64,000 bases of DNA from Octopus vulgaris (taxonomy: Eukaryota), in contig OX597816.1 of assembly GCA_951406725.2 (NCBI GenBank), positions 73,718,001-73,782,000 on the forward strand, given 5' to 3'. Below the pieces are notes generated by a model. The model saw nothing but the letters and a program-made list of their open reading frames with translations, was not told where the DNA came from and searched no databases. A program made the position numbers and the translations under genes. This document shows positions 50,810-63,639 of this stretch, piece after piece. Within the stretch, counting starts at the first letter, position 1. Each line of letters starts with the position of its first letter.

Positions 50810-52662
50810 TCGATGACGGTGGTGGTGGCGGTGGTGGTGATATGAGGAAGCTAAATATAAAATCAAGAAACAGTTGGTGTCAATTGTACAAATATACATT
50901 ATATACTTGTATGTGTATATGTACGTACATTCGTGTATACATATACCTATATAAACACACACGCACTCACACAGGCACATACACACACACAGACACTCAT
51001 ACACGAACACATACACGCACACACACACACACAAACATACATAATACCAATACATATATATGTACATATATATACATATATATATGTATATATATGCACA
51101 CACACATACATGCAAACATACAAATATATGGATAAAAACAACACAAATAAAACGAGTAAATTTATGAGGCAAAGACTAGACAAACAAACGATGCATGAAG
51201 TCAGACAAGTGAAAACTCGTGACTGGAAAAGCGTGGAAATATAAAGGGAGAAAGAAGAAACAAGCGACATTGTAACATTTTCGTGGAACCCTTTGTCCAA
51301 AAAAGTGTAGCAAAAGAAAGAGAAAATATATATTCATCTTGAGACGTTTGTTTACGTGACAATTCTCTGTTTTTCAGCAACAGCTGTCTGTGGTTGCTTC
51401 ATCTGATGGAATGCAATCAAGCTCAGTGCTTGATCGCACTGCACCTGAAGAAGCACCGGCATACGGCTGTTGCTGAAAATAATCAATTCGGTTTTGCATT
51501 AGGGGTTCAACAGAGAGTTAGGTTACAGACCGGCAGGATCGGCCGTAATGGATAAATAATACTGTACACTTCGATTAATATATCCACATCATACTGAAAA
51601 TATATACAAGTACATTTCTTTTTCTGATGTATGGATTCTTAGACGGTATCTTGCCACACATATCAGCGAGATGTACATCTTGTAACACTGAAGCGCATAA
51701 TGTGGCCTGAGGATTTTTCTTCTGCACTGTTAGGTGCATTCGATTCCATTACATCGTCCCCCATATACTAGAAGCAAGCTGAAACGATTGTTGTCCTAAA
51801 TAAAGCTTCCAGTACAGTCTTCCGTATTAATCATTCAGAATACATATATGCGTGTCTGTGTGAAGGCGCATGGCTCAGTGGTTAGAATAAATTCTGCTGG
51901 CAATAACGACCTTGACGCATGAACTATAACCTTTTTACTGTCATCTTCGTATTTATGCAGAAGTACGGCTCCTACACCGTACTCACTTGCATCTGTAGCC
52001 GGTATAGTTTCCAACTTTGGATAAAATGTATCAGTAATAAGTCCGAAGTTAAAATATTTTCCAAATCATCGAATGCATTCTTGCACTTATCTGTCCAACA
52101 TCATTTTATATTCCTTTTTCGGCAGATCATTGAATGGGACCCTTACATTAAGTATGCTTGGAATGTAGATTTGGAATTAGTTAACCAAACCCAAGAGTGC
52201 CTGCAGCATAGTTATATTTTTCGGTGTGGGCATATTCTTTATTGCCATTGCCCCTGATGGATCAGGTTTTCTTCCGTTTTTGTCAATTACTTGTCCTAAG
52301 TATTTGATTTTATTCAACAAGAACTCACATTTTTCCTCCATTAACTTGAACCCACATTCGCTTTTTTTCTCAAATACTCTTTTAACATGTTCAAAGTATT
52401 GTTCCTGTGTTTTACATTTTATTAAACTATCGTCTAGATAGGCGATAGCGAAATCGCAGTCACTCAGCGTTACATCCATTATTTACTGAAATATGGCAGG
52501 AGCCACTTTTACACTGAAGGGAAGCCGCTTAAATTCAAATAAGCCGCGGAGTTTGTTAATTGTTAATAAATGTGCGCATTCTTCTTCTACTTGTATTTGT
52601 AGATATGCCCCCGAGTCAAGGCGACGACCTAGCGGAATCGTTAGCACGCCACGTAAAATTCT

Positions 52663-52962
52663 GTGGAGGCACTTGGCCTAGTAGATAGACCAGCGGACTC
52701 GCGGTCGAGGGATCGCGGGTTCGAATCTCAGACCGGGCGATGTGTGTGTTTATGAGCGAAAACACCTAAACTCCACGCGGCTCCGGCAGAAGGTAATGGC
52801 GAACTTCTGCTGACTCTTTCACCACAACTTTCTCTCACTCTTTCCTCCTGCATCTTGCAGATCACCTGCGACGGACCGGCGTTCCGTCCAGGTGGGGAAC
52901 CTATACGCCAAGAAACCGGGAAACCGGCCCTTATGAGCCAGACATGGCTCGAGAAGGAACAA
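52663..52962 (+). mobile_element. SINE family 4 inserted into the Gypsy RT (preceded by a family 3 head at 52620-52660)
   Basis: GTGGAGGC..TGGCCTAGT...GGTTCGAATCTC tRNA-like head; A-rich tail; ATATGCCCC occurs on both sides of the composite insertion (~52603 and ~52969). Confidence 0.88.
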
Positions 52963-53589
52963 AAAAAAATATGCCCCCTTGAGGTCTAATTGAGAGAACG
53001 ATTTTCTTCCATTCAATTTTACAAACACTTCCTCCGGCCGGAGCAATGGTTAGTTATGTGCAACTAAACAATCATTCAACCCAGTTGAAAAATCTGCACA
53101 AACTCTTAGTTTGTTATTCTTTTTCGCGTAAACTGTCGGTGCTGCCCAGTCTGCGTGGTCTGACTTTTCAATTATATCAAGACGTTCCAGTCTTTCTAGT
53201 TCTTTGTTAACCTGGTCTGTTGCTGCGAATTGTACATTCCGTTTTGGCCTAAAGACCAGTGTTGCACTTTACTTTACAGCGATCTTAGCTTTTGTTTTTG
53301 TACAACAACCCAGTTCTTCCCCCAAAAAAAGTCTGGAAATCTTGTATTTATTTATTTTTTTTATTCAGTCCTTCGGCCTCATTTGAATCTTTGACTGACC
53401 CAAATACATTTCCACACAGAACACTTATGGACGTATCCTACAATTAGAATAGTTCCATCCATTCTGTGCCAAATAGATTAAGTAAATCTTTTTATACATA
53501 TATCTTTGCCTTTTTCGTTTGACCTCGAAATGTTACACTACATACAAATTCACCGAGAAAATATCATCTTTTTCCCGTAACACCATGTG

Positions 53590-53925
53590 CTATCGTTGTA
53601 TTTAGGAATGGTCATTTTGCCAGTTTAGCCAATAAAAACACACGCACTATATATTTGGTGTTACTTTGCTTCAGCGTTATTTATTTTTTACATTAATCTT
53701 AATCTTATTTCGGCCAGAGTTCTTTCGTCACACTCCTGTGGCCGAAATAAGATTAAGATTAATGTAAAAAATAAATAACGCTGAAGCAAAGTAACACCAA
53801 ATATATAGTGCGTGTGTTTTTATTGGCTAAACTGGCAAAATGACCATTACTAAATACAACAATATCTGTTTCAACACACGATGTCACATCAAAAATCTTG
53901 CAAAAAAATATATATAAACGTAACA
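53590..53925. mobile_element. Palindromic PLE terminal-repeat insertion (same family as 3398-3620)
   Basis: 53595-53715 is mirrored by 53740-53862; flanked by repeated TAACA(C)CATGTGCTATC. Confidence 0.85.
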
Positions 53926-55035
53926 TGTGCTATCTTTTTAGATTTAATTAATTTCGGTTTACCGATATATTTCTACGTTTTTTTTTTTTTTGTTTTTTTG
54001 TTGTTGTTTTTTCGTTTATGATGATGATATCACTACCAGTGTCCAATTGCATTTCAACAATTGTATTTCTGATTTTCACCTTCATGAATTTCCTCATGAT
54101 TATATTACCAATTACGTCCGATAATATAATATTCATTCTTTTTCCTTTGTTCTGACGTTTTGTCATTTTCAAATTAAAGTGCGTCTTTATATATCCTTAT
54201 ATCCTATATTTTCACAACGGAAGCATTCCGCTTTTTTAAATGGACAATTTTTCCTCGGTTGTATACCTCTACATGCAAAACATTAGTTTATTTCCTGATT
54301 TTTGTCGCTTTTTTTTTAAGCACTTTATCTCTAGTCTGACTATTTCGCACTTGCTTTACTTGGAAACAATATTTACATTCAATTTCGTGTCTTAATTTGA
54401 CTATCCTTTCACATTCTTCTGACACTTATTGTAGGGTTACATCCTGGTTTTGTTCCAGCTTTGCGAGAATTCTAGTTCTAATTTCTGCGTCCTTTTCGGC
54501 GTCCTGCGTAAAATCAGTCATTTGCACATATCTGACGTTAATTTTCGCATTCCCTGTTTACTCTACCAGCATTTGATGTAGTCCTCTTCATTGTTTTTCT
54601 CTATGTTCAAACACTTCCAATATATGTTGAACAATGAGCTTTTTTTACTGACAATTTTACACACTATATCTATTGTGTCATTAAAGTTTATGTCCAAAGG
54701 TTTTCTTCAGAGTACATAATTACTGTATCGTTCATGTTCTGTTGTCGCCAGTTTTCTCAAGATTAAGCACGTTTTCATCTCGTCGTCCCAATCTTTACTT
54801 TATTTCTGGAAGATATGCTCATATCTTCTGTTGTATGCTTCGAAGGTAACTGCTTCGTCAGGTTTGTCTTTGAACACTGTTATGGAGATTGCGACAAAGT
54901 CTGGCGAGAACACTTTTTTCTGAACTTCCTGACGACCTCATTAATTGCAGCATTTGTTGCTGTAATAATAATTGCTGTAGTTGTTCTTTCAGTTGTTGGT
55001 CGTGTTGTTGTTGCTTCAGCTTGTTTGTTTGTTTG

Positions 55036-55420
55036 TTGAGCAAAGCGGTCTTCGTCCCAGAGCTCGCAAGATCGCGCAACTGTAGTCGGAGAAGTCCGAA
55101 ACGTGGTCCTTTGCTATTCGTAAGACCCTCAGAAGAGAAAGCAGGTCAACCCCCGACACCGAGAGCATCGACGGATGGATGAATGTGCATCCAAGCTCAG
55201 CGGTTGCGTAGGAAGTCGGGGACAAGAAACAGAAAGGAAGAGTGAGAGAAAGTTGGAGCGAAAGCGTGCAACAGGGGTCGCCACCACCCCCTGCCGGAGC
55301 TTCGTGGAGCTTTAGGTGTTTTCGCTCAATAAACACACACAACGCCCGATCTGGGAATCGAAACCGCGATCCTCCGACCGCGAGTCCGCTGCCCTAACGA
55401 TTGGGCCATTGCGCCTCCAC
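55036..55420 (-). mobile_element. SINE family 4 inserted in Gypsy gag
   Basis: Reverse complement head GTGGAGGCGCAATGGCCCAATCGTTAGGGCAGCGGACTCGCGGTCG...GGTTTCGATTCCC; (CAAA)n tail. Confidence 0.88.
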
Positions 55421-55637
55421 TGCTGCTCTTGCTGTTTTGCAACTCGAACAAACCGGCCAATAAATTTTCTATAATTTTACGATTTTTTTCGCACAACCAA
55501 AACTTTTGTGAGTTTTGTTAATTCCTCGTGAGTTGTTAAAATCCTCGTCGAGTTTATGAATTTTTCGTGAGTTCTTTAAATCTACGGGAGTTGTTTAAAT
55601 CTTGGTCGAGTTTATTAATTCATAGCGAGTTGTTTAG

Positions 55638-55650
55638 ATCCTCGTCGCTA
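55638..55650 (-). other. Primer-binding site of the Gypsy element (tRNA-Ser type)
   Basis: Minus strand ...AACA-G-TAGCGACGAGGAT, a one-mismatch complement of the ...AUCCUCGUCGCCA 3' end of tRNA-Ser(GCU), immediately after a CA LTR-like end. Confidence 0.75.
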
Positions 55651-55974
55651 CTGTTATATCCTTAAAATGTTGGGTTATTAAAACACTCACTTCGGTATAC
55701 AGTATACTTAGTAAAACCAGTAAAGACACGACCGTCTCTGACCGCTTACTACGTACTCTTTCTTTATTTTGGCACTATGGCCATTACACAGAGGGGACAG
55801 ACAGAACACCACAGTGGGGACAAAAAACATAAAACGAATGAAAATGAAGATGTTATATAATAAGATGTTATATAATAATGAAAAGATGTTATATAATAAT
55901 GAAAAGATGTTATATAATAATGAAAATGCAATGGCTGCATGAGCCTCACTCTCATGCAGTACCATTTGAACGTT

Positions 55975-57160
55975 TAACTGCACTGTTTATAATCGTTCAT
56001 TTTTCCTTTGTTTTTTTTTTCTATCATCGTTTTTTCCTCTTTTTTAAAAAATAAAATAAGTTTGCTTACTTTTTTCCCCCCGTTTTTAATATCTCATAAA
56101 AGGTTCAATATCTTTCAATTCTACCACTAGTGGCCATTCATCAAATTCCAACGTAACTCCTGGCGAATCAATGCCTTTTCCACACATATCTTTCAGCCTG
56201 TTGTACCTCTCCTTATCGACTACAATGGCCTTCGCGTTCTCTGAGTAAATATCTCTGGGCAACTTCACCCTTATAATGGACTTAAATTTCATTATTTTTC
56301 CGCTCAGTTTCTTTATTTTTAGCGTATGTTACAAAATTCCATCGGTATATTTTCGCCTTCCTTTCTTGTTTTTCCTTTTCTTGCTCTACTCCTGGTACGT
56401 TTTCTTTTTCTTCCTCCACTCTCAATAGTGTCGCCATTTTACCCTCATACAGTTGTTCGCCTAATTCCTTTTCCTCCACTGGTACAACCAGTGTCTTTGC
56501 TGATGACCCCTCCTTCTGAAACTCCTCCTCGAGCTCCTCTTCAAGCTCCTTTTCAATCTCCTTGTCAACCATCTTCTCACCTTCCTTCCTTCTGACTTCC
56601 TGCACAACCTCTTTCTCTACCTCCTTAACCACAAGCCTACTTCAGCCTCTCGACCTCCTTCAAGCACTCCTCAACAGCTCCAATAGGTGCCATCCCAATG
56701 CTCCCGCTCGACACCCTCAGTGTTCCAAAAATCACTGTTCTCTTCGCCACACTGCTCGTGAGCTCCCCAGGCGGCGCCAGTCTCAACGTGTTTCCCTCCC
56801 TCCCCAGTAGCTTCTCACACTCTTCCATTTTCCTCGGCTCAACCCCCACCTCACGAACCTCCAAAACTTCAACCTCCACTCCTCCACCAGCCGCCGCCGC
56901 ACAACTGCGCCTCCCCCACCGGCACTCCCTCCATCCCTCCCACAATGGGAGAAAAGCAACAATTCAACAACAGCAAAAACAACTTCAACAGCAACAATCA
57001 ATAATCTTGGGTGCACCCACGAGGGCAGACCTTCAACAAGGTGACTCACGTCCAACAGCAGTAAAAAAACCCCATGACAAAATAACTCCAATCGATACGA
57101 ATATCGCTTACCGCCTGCTACGAACTCCGGGCACTTCACGTACTTCTCTTTATTTATAGT
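55975..57160 (-). mobile_element. Frameshifted coding-like retroposed sequence (possible LINE ORF1-like remnant)
   Basis: Chained ORFs 56637-56945, 56282-56632 and 56086-56292 with Glu/Lys-rich coiled-coil composition; A-rich 3' end; family not recognised. Confidence 0.4.
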
Positions 57161-57185
57161 GACTAGGTTATTCCATTCGTTACGT

Positions 57186-58030
57186 GGGAGGGGTGTACCA
57201 TTATTACTAATTCCCTACAACATTATCATCATTTCTTCCTTTACGATATAGCGTTTTCCACTGTTCGAAGCATTGCTGGAACTTCTGTGAAGTGATGCTT
57301 TTTAACATCTCCATCGTTTTTTCTTCACGTCTTCCACATCAGCAAATTTTGTAACACCAGCTTTTGTCACCAGTGATGACATTCGAAAAAGGTCCGGATC
57401 AACTTCCGACTGCTCTTTCAGTTTACAACACGCATTCAGTCGTGACCGCTTTCAATCTTCCGTGAGTAGGTGAGGCACAAATTTTGCTGCAACTCTCTTC
57501 ATTACAATTCCTCACTTAAAATTCGTTGGCAGGATTTCCAGGACACACCAGTCATATCAACAAGTTCATCAATTGTCCAGTGATGGTCCTCCAAGATCAA
57601 TTCATGAATTTTCATGATGTTTTCGTTCATTCGGAAGGTTGACGGTCGTCCTGAACGAGGCTGGTCATCAAGTGACAAGTGATAATTCCTAAAGCGTGAA
57701 AAATACTCGTAAACTTGTGTTTTGCTCATGGTAGCGTCCTTGTAAGCTGTTTGAAACACGACCACTGTTTTGGCTGCCGTTTCACCAGCAGAAAACAGAA
57801 TTTCACAGGTGTACACTGTTCCTTCGCTTCAACTATCGCAAAAACCGTCGAGTAGGGAGAAACACTATAGAACAAAGATGCACAACGTGGTTGTATGGCA
57901 TCAGTCGACGATGCCGGTCGGCAGACTGATACCTGAGAGTCGCATCAAGTGGCTTCTAACGGCGGAAACCTGAACTACGTCGGGCTTGTACCACAGAGAA
58001 CGTTTCCGGTTACTTTTGGGTACCTCCTCC
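57186..58030 (-). mobile_element. Internally deleted mariner remnant
   Basis: TAAKTVVVFQTAYKDATMSKTQVYEYFSRFRN...DDQPRSGRPST HTH region; VITGD-like motif at ~57365-57380; candidate TIR TTCCGGTTACTTTTGGGTACCTCCTCC-TA. Confidence 0.85.
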
Positions 58031-58039
58031 TACATACAC

Positions 58040-58135
58040 AATTAAAAAATTAATAATGTGTCGATTTGTTCGACTAAACAATTCAAGATGGTGATCCAGC
58101 ATGACCGCAGTCCAATGACTGAAACAAGGAAACGT
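58040..58135 (+). mobile_element. 3' tail fragment of SINE family 2
   Basis: GTCGATTTGTTCGACTAAAC...GGTGATCCAGCATGACCGCAGTCCAATGACTGAAACAAG. Confidence 0.75.
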
Positions 58136-58989
58136 TAAAATCTAAATGGTCATGTCTGGAGAGCTTTCAGACTCTTGCAATGAGAAAGAGCTCTTCAGTC
58201 TCTATGCTGACCTCATCAGGAACTCATATGGCATGGAAGAGATCCAAACAAGCGAAAATAAGATGCTGTTAAAACAAAGCCAACCGTCAGAATCTCTTCA
58301 GCTTTGGCTCAATTATCGTGATGATTTCTCGTATCAAGTTCAACAGATGTACCTAAGCCTAGATATACGATACACGAATGTAATTTATGGTGCAGCCCTC
58401 GTGGATAAGCTCAGGGATATAAATAAATGATCAAGGACTTCAAAATGCAGTCTCTCACAAAAGTATTGAATGATGAAATACGACGAAAGCTTCTTATTTA
58501 GGAGGGGCTGCTTTCGAACTAACAAATCTAACAAGGGATTCGGGGTTTTGCGAGAACAGAAGGTCGGTGTTACTAGATAAAAATATAGCGTTTATCGATA
58601 ATGTTTTTGTAAACATTTATTGCATAAAACAAACAAAAAATGCCAACACAATGGAAGACAAAATATTAGAATAATCTACTTTCAGAATAAAATAAAACAA
58701 AATAAAATAGAATGCTAAAGTTAAGTTGATTTTTGTGGGTTTTTTTTTTTTTGCGCAATGTGTTACTACTCTTTTCATGTAAGATTTATTTTCACTGTAA
58801 ATGACTCGTCTCATTTCCTGCCATCAAATACCATCAAATGCCGTTCAAATGTCATCGTCATCGTCGTCGTCGTCATCACCATCATTATCATCATCATCAA
58901 CACCATCAACCCTTGCGCAGTACAACCCCGTGTCCAAAGACACATAGAGCTGGTTACTTGGCTTCCATGGCATATAAGTGACCCGATCA

Positions 58990-59160
58990 CACAATTTCCC
59001 CTGAATGGAATACCAGTCCGTCGAAGAGTTGCTCATTAACAGCTGAGTACACTGGAGTAAATGACGTGTTTTGCTCAAGAACACAACACATTACTCAGAC
59101 CAGGAATTGAAACCTGATTTTCTGATCATGAGTGCAACACCTTAACCATTTGGCCACGCT
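58990..59160 (-). mobile_element. SINE family 1-related copy
   Basis: CAGCTGAGTACACTGGAG...TTGCTCAAGAACACAACAC...GGAATTGAAACC...TTAACCATTTGGCCACGC. Confidence 0.75.
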
Positions 59161-59678
59161 AGAGTCGTCTTCAGGCATAAACATAGTAGGCAATTTTCAA
59201 TGGGCTCTACGGCTTTAGGGGGCCCAATGCTTAACTTATTACATGCCGTGGTTAGTAGTTTGCAGCCAATATATAAATCTACAATCCCTTGTGCATTGCT
59301 TTGGCCAGGGACTTATAAGACAGTTCGGACGGCCCTGGGGTTTGCGCATTCATTTGTTTTCAAATATTTTACAGCTTTATATGTTTAAAATAAGAAGAAA
59401 TAGTGACTGAGTGTCCCCTTCAAATATGCATTTCGAAAAGCTCATAACAACGGGGACAGACGCTGTACCTTCAGTTATTAGGGCAAGGCTGGGTGAGCAA
59501 ACAATTCTCAGCCTTTCTATGGCAGCAACAAGGGCAGCAGGTACATTTACCAAAACGTGCAATGATTCCAGCAATTAAAAGACATATAACTGTGCGTGAG
59601 TATATACGTGTATGTATACGTATGCGTGTGTGCGTGTATGTATAAATATATTTGTATATATGTATATATATATATCAT

Positions 59679-60238
59679 CGATCCAACGAAGCTACACGAA
59701 GAAGATAGCCTCTGTGCAGCATATAAGCTATTAGGAAAGACTCAAGAGATTAAGACTCTATTCCTTAGAACGTAGGCGAGAAAGATATGCCATAATATAC
59801 ATCTGAAAGATCCTGGAAAGACTTGTCCCAAACTTTGGCCTCGAGAGTTACACAAATACTAGAACTGGGCGCCACTGCACAGTGCCAAGGACTCCAAATT
59901 TGCCATCAAGATGTAGAACAAGATACTGTGATAGCCTGGGCTTCAGAGGTTCACAGTTCTTCAATATCCTCCCGAAGAACCTGAGAGACCTGCATGGGGT
60001 GGATGCAGATGTCTTTAAAATAAAACTGGATCTCTTCCTGTCAGGTGTCCCAGATGAACCAACTTCACGGCAGGAGGTGCAGATGAGGGCAGCTTCATCA
60101 AACTCTCTCATGCACCAAATGTCAATTGCTAAAAAGCGTTCGTGAAGTAAAATCATGTAGCAACACCGAATGGCGGTGCCCCAGCATGGCCACATCTCGT
60201 GAGCTGAAACTAGACAAAATGAAAAATGAAATAAATGA
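59679..60238 (+). mobile_element. Older 5'-truncated 3' fragment of the LINE B family
   Basis: Aligns with 42132-42666 with stops; TA repeats on both sides; tail (AATGA)-like rather than (AATC)n. Confidence 0.95.
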
Positions 60239-60754
60239 TATATATATATATATATGCATACATATATATGTGCATATTTATAAATGCATGTATGTGGCAT
60301 GTTTCTCTGTGTGTGTATGTGTGTGTACGTATGTGTGTGTGCGTGTATCTGCTTGTGTGTGTAGGTGTTTCTATGCGCGTGTCTATGTACATTGATGTGT
60401 GTACGTTTGTATGTCGGTGACGTGTATACTTTTATAGAACTATATTCAATTAACAGGAAGTTCTTTGATTACTCACCTAATTACTTCTGATTTCTTTACT
60501 AACGAAGCTGACCAGAAGAATGTTTAAACAAGTTTGTCATAGGGTGTTGGCCTCTCTCGGTAAGTACAAGTAAACGCGCAACACATACACACACACACAC
60601 ACATAAACACACATCGATATGCATACACAAACATTCACACACATGCATATTTATATATACACACTCAGGTTCCTGTCTATGTCAAGTTATATAGAAAAAA
60701 TACTTTTGCATTTAACATTAAACTGAAAGTTGTTTAGTAGAGTACCATATATTT

Positions 60755-60796
<42 letters not shown>

Positions 60797-60840
60797 CACA
60801 TATATATATGTTTGTGTGTGTGTGTATATATATATATATA

Positions 60841-60890
<50 letters not shown>

Positions 60891-60914
60891 ATACACACAC
60901 ACATATATGTATAT

Positions 60915-60963
<49 letters not shown>

Positions 60964-61157
60964 CATGCATGTGTGCGTGTATACATGCATATGCATATAA
61001 GCGTACAGATACACATGTATGTGTATATACATACATATACACGTATACAAATATACATGTGTAAACATTATATATGCATATATACATGTATACATTTATG
61101 TGTATGTATATATATATATATATTTATATACATATGTATACATATCATACATACACA

Positions 61158-61192
<35 letters not shown>

Positions 61193-61195
61193 ATA

Positions 61196-62738
61196 TGACG
61201 GCGAGCTGAAAAGTTCGTAGGCTGACTATGAAAGAGTGATTCTAAACGTGTGGAATTTCCATACATTATTTTCGACACTTATTACCTCCGCCTTCGCTAT
61301 GACGGAGGTAATATTCTTTTCAATCGTGTCTGTTTGTTTGTTTGTTTGTTTGTGGACAATATATCTCAAGAACCGCTGGATGGATTCGGATGAAACTTTT
61401 GAGGATATTTGGCTTCGTAACTGGCATGAACTGATTAGATTTTGGGATCGATCCATTTACCGGACAAGGATTCTGGATTATTTTTCCTACTTTTTTACTT
61501 GACTTTTGAGAGCGGTCGGGTACATTTCTAGTATTCTCGTTTGTGAGAGTAGTCGAGTTTATTTCAGACATTCTCATCTTAAAAATCATCTCCAGCTAAT
61601 CGTTGAGAGGACATTGGTGTTGCCCTGGCGGAGGTTTGCGCTCTCTGAGTGCTCTTGTTTTTTTGGGGGTTTTTTTCTAGTTAAACTGACATCTGACTGT
61701 TGAAAAGTAACTGATAGCGACTTCTCTTGAAAATGGACAAAATTTGGCATCGTGCTATTATCTGCAGAAAAAGGGTTTATCCCGTGGGACATTCATACTG
61801 ACATGCTTTCTCACTAGGAGAGAGCGCTCCAGCTTTATCAACAGTACAGTAGTGGGCAGCTAAATTTAAGAGAAGGGAGAACCTTGAAGATGACCCAAGG
61901 TCTGAACGTCCTGCACCTGCCATCACCGAGGAAAATATTGATCGTGTTCACCAATTATCTATAAAATCACATAGCCAATACTATTAGCATGGCCTGTGTG
62001 AGAGTCGAGAATATTCTGTACAATAAACTTGACACGACGAAAGTTTCTGCTCGGTAGGTGCCACGTCTTCTGACGCATGACCAAAAGCGCACCAGGTTGA
62101 TCAGATCACGGGAAAATTTGACATTGTTTAAGGCAAATCCAACTGGTGTCTTTGAGCATTTCCTAACCCAGGATAGGCGATGGCTATAGACAAAGAGACA
62201 ATCCATGCAGTGGAAACACCCCTTCTCACCTACTTCAAAGAAGACCAAGGTCGTTTCATCTGCAGGGAATGTGATGGCTCTTGGTGGTGGGGGGCAAAGG
62301 TCATTGTGTTTATTGATTATCTTTGAAAAGAACCACATCATCAATAGAGAGTACCATGCCAAATGGCTGGGGCAGTTACAAAAGGTTATCAGGATCAAAC
62401 GCCAAGAAAAACTGGCGAAAGGAGTTTTGTTTCATTAGGACAATGCCCCAACATGCAAGTTCTTGGTTTCAATGGCTATCTCCTGCCTATCTCCTGCTTT
62501 GGCCCCATATGACTATCATCTGTTCCTTAACATGAAAAAATACTTGTATGGGAATCCGCATCACAGTGATAACGACATCATGTTGTTGATGACATTTTTG
62601 ATCAACAGGGTGAAAGCTTCTTCACTAATGGAATCCAAGCAGTGGACCGCAAGGGGTGGAGTGTTGAAAAGTAAACCTCACTTGACCACATTCCATGAGA
62701 GTATTTTTGTTAGATTTTGAACTTTTGACAACCGACAT
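61196..62738 (+). mobile_element. Decayed mariner transposon
   Basis: LEDDPRSERP, KVSAR*VPRLLT (WVPR-like), SMQWKHPFSP, DNAP, SPALAPYDYHLF motifs; imperfect TIRs with TA flanks. Confidence 0.88.
61279..61657 (+). mobile_element. Helentron-associated non-autonomous element (DINE-1/HINE-like) inserted in the mariner
   Basis: Subterminal inverted repeats ACCTCCGCC / GGCGGAGGT, 5' partial IR CGGAGGTAAT, (GTTT)n tract, GGATGAAACTT core, 3' stem-loop GCGCTC-tct-GAGTGC before a T run. Confidence 0.8.
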
Positions 62739-62757
62739 ATGTGTGTATCTGAATGTA

Positions 62758-62797
<40 letters not shown>

Positions 62798-63639
62798 AGT
62801 GGGTGGACAGGAAACAAGTGACACTCAACGCATTTGATTCGTCTCCACGCAAATTAAAGACTTGTAGGTTCGTCAAACAAATCCAGCTCGTCAGGTTCAG
62901 GTAACCAAGTCGTTTGACGAGCTCATAAAACCTTAAGCCGCGTGGAGCCGATTCAAACAGTTACTAAATGTATGTGTGTGTGTGTGTTTGTGTGAGTGTG
63001 TGTGTAGTCGCTAAGGAGTCAGACACAAACCCCGGGAGTATTCCGGTTCTTCATACTTTGATTTCTGTTCCCCGAGGTCAGATTTAACTTCAATCTTCCA
63101 GGGACGAGAATAAAATGTAATATAGCAGCGTAGTGGGTCGGCGAAATTGTTAGACCACTAGAAAAAATACCTTGGACTAATTCATAACCGCTCTTTAAGT
63201 CTAGAGCTTAAATTCAGTTAAGGGCACCTCTGCTTTTTATCCAACCATTTACGATAAATACCTAACCAGTACAGGGCGAATGTATTGCAGAACTGTTTGA
63301 GTATTGGAAAAATATCCGGTAACATTTTGTTCAGCATTTTGTGATGAACCGTTTATAATTGGCTGACAAATTGCTGCCTTGTAGAAACTACCCAACAAAA
63401 GGTAACGTGTGGCCACCTTTATATTATTCAGCAAAAATTTCATGACAAACGCTTAGTACTTGTCAATGATCTCACCAAGATTTTTTTTCTACAACGTAAT
63501 GGCGTTCAAAGAAGCAGAAGGATTAAATATGGTAGCATTAACTTGACTAGTGGACGGCATCCATGAATATGCATATTTTCACGCCATCACATCTATAATA
63601 TTATCATCATATTTGATTAGCGGTTCTATTATCATCTTT

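Larger units (their letters stand above)
51600..55650 (-). mobile_element. Decayed Gypsy LTR retrotransposon (gag-CCHC-protease-RT), interrupted by SINEs and a PLE palindrome
   Basis: MQLDTGSD protease; tandem Cys knuckles at ~54195-54285; FSQLDLKGAY, RLPFSVKVAPAIF, AYLDDSLI, EKCEF...IKYLGQVID RT motifs; PBS at 55638-55650; left boundary uncertain. Confidence 0.88.

Noticed and set aside
52663-52735. tRNA gene calls for tRNA-like heads (also 348, 6538, 43865, 55345-55420)
   Set aside because: They continue into shared SINE bodies and tails, and no complete cloverleaf was evident
58146-58430. 94-aa ORF as a host exon
   Set aside because: No recognisable domain or convincing splice signals; overlaps hammerhead-like repeat sequence
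59160-59337. Possible hAT-type MITE ending GACGGCCCTG
   Set aside because: Left TIR too degenerate and no 8-bp duplication seen
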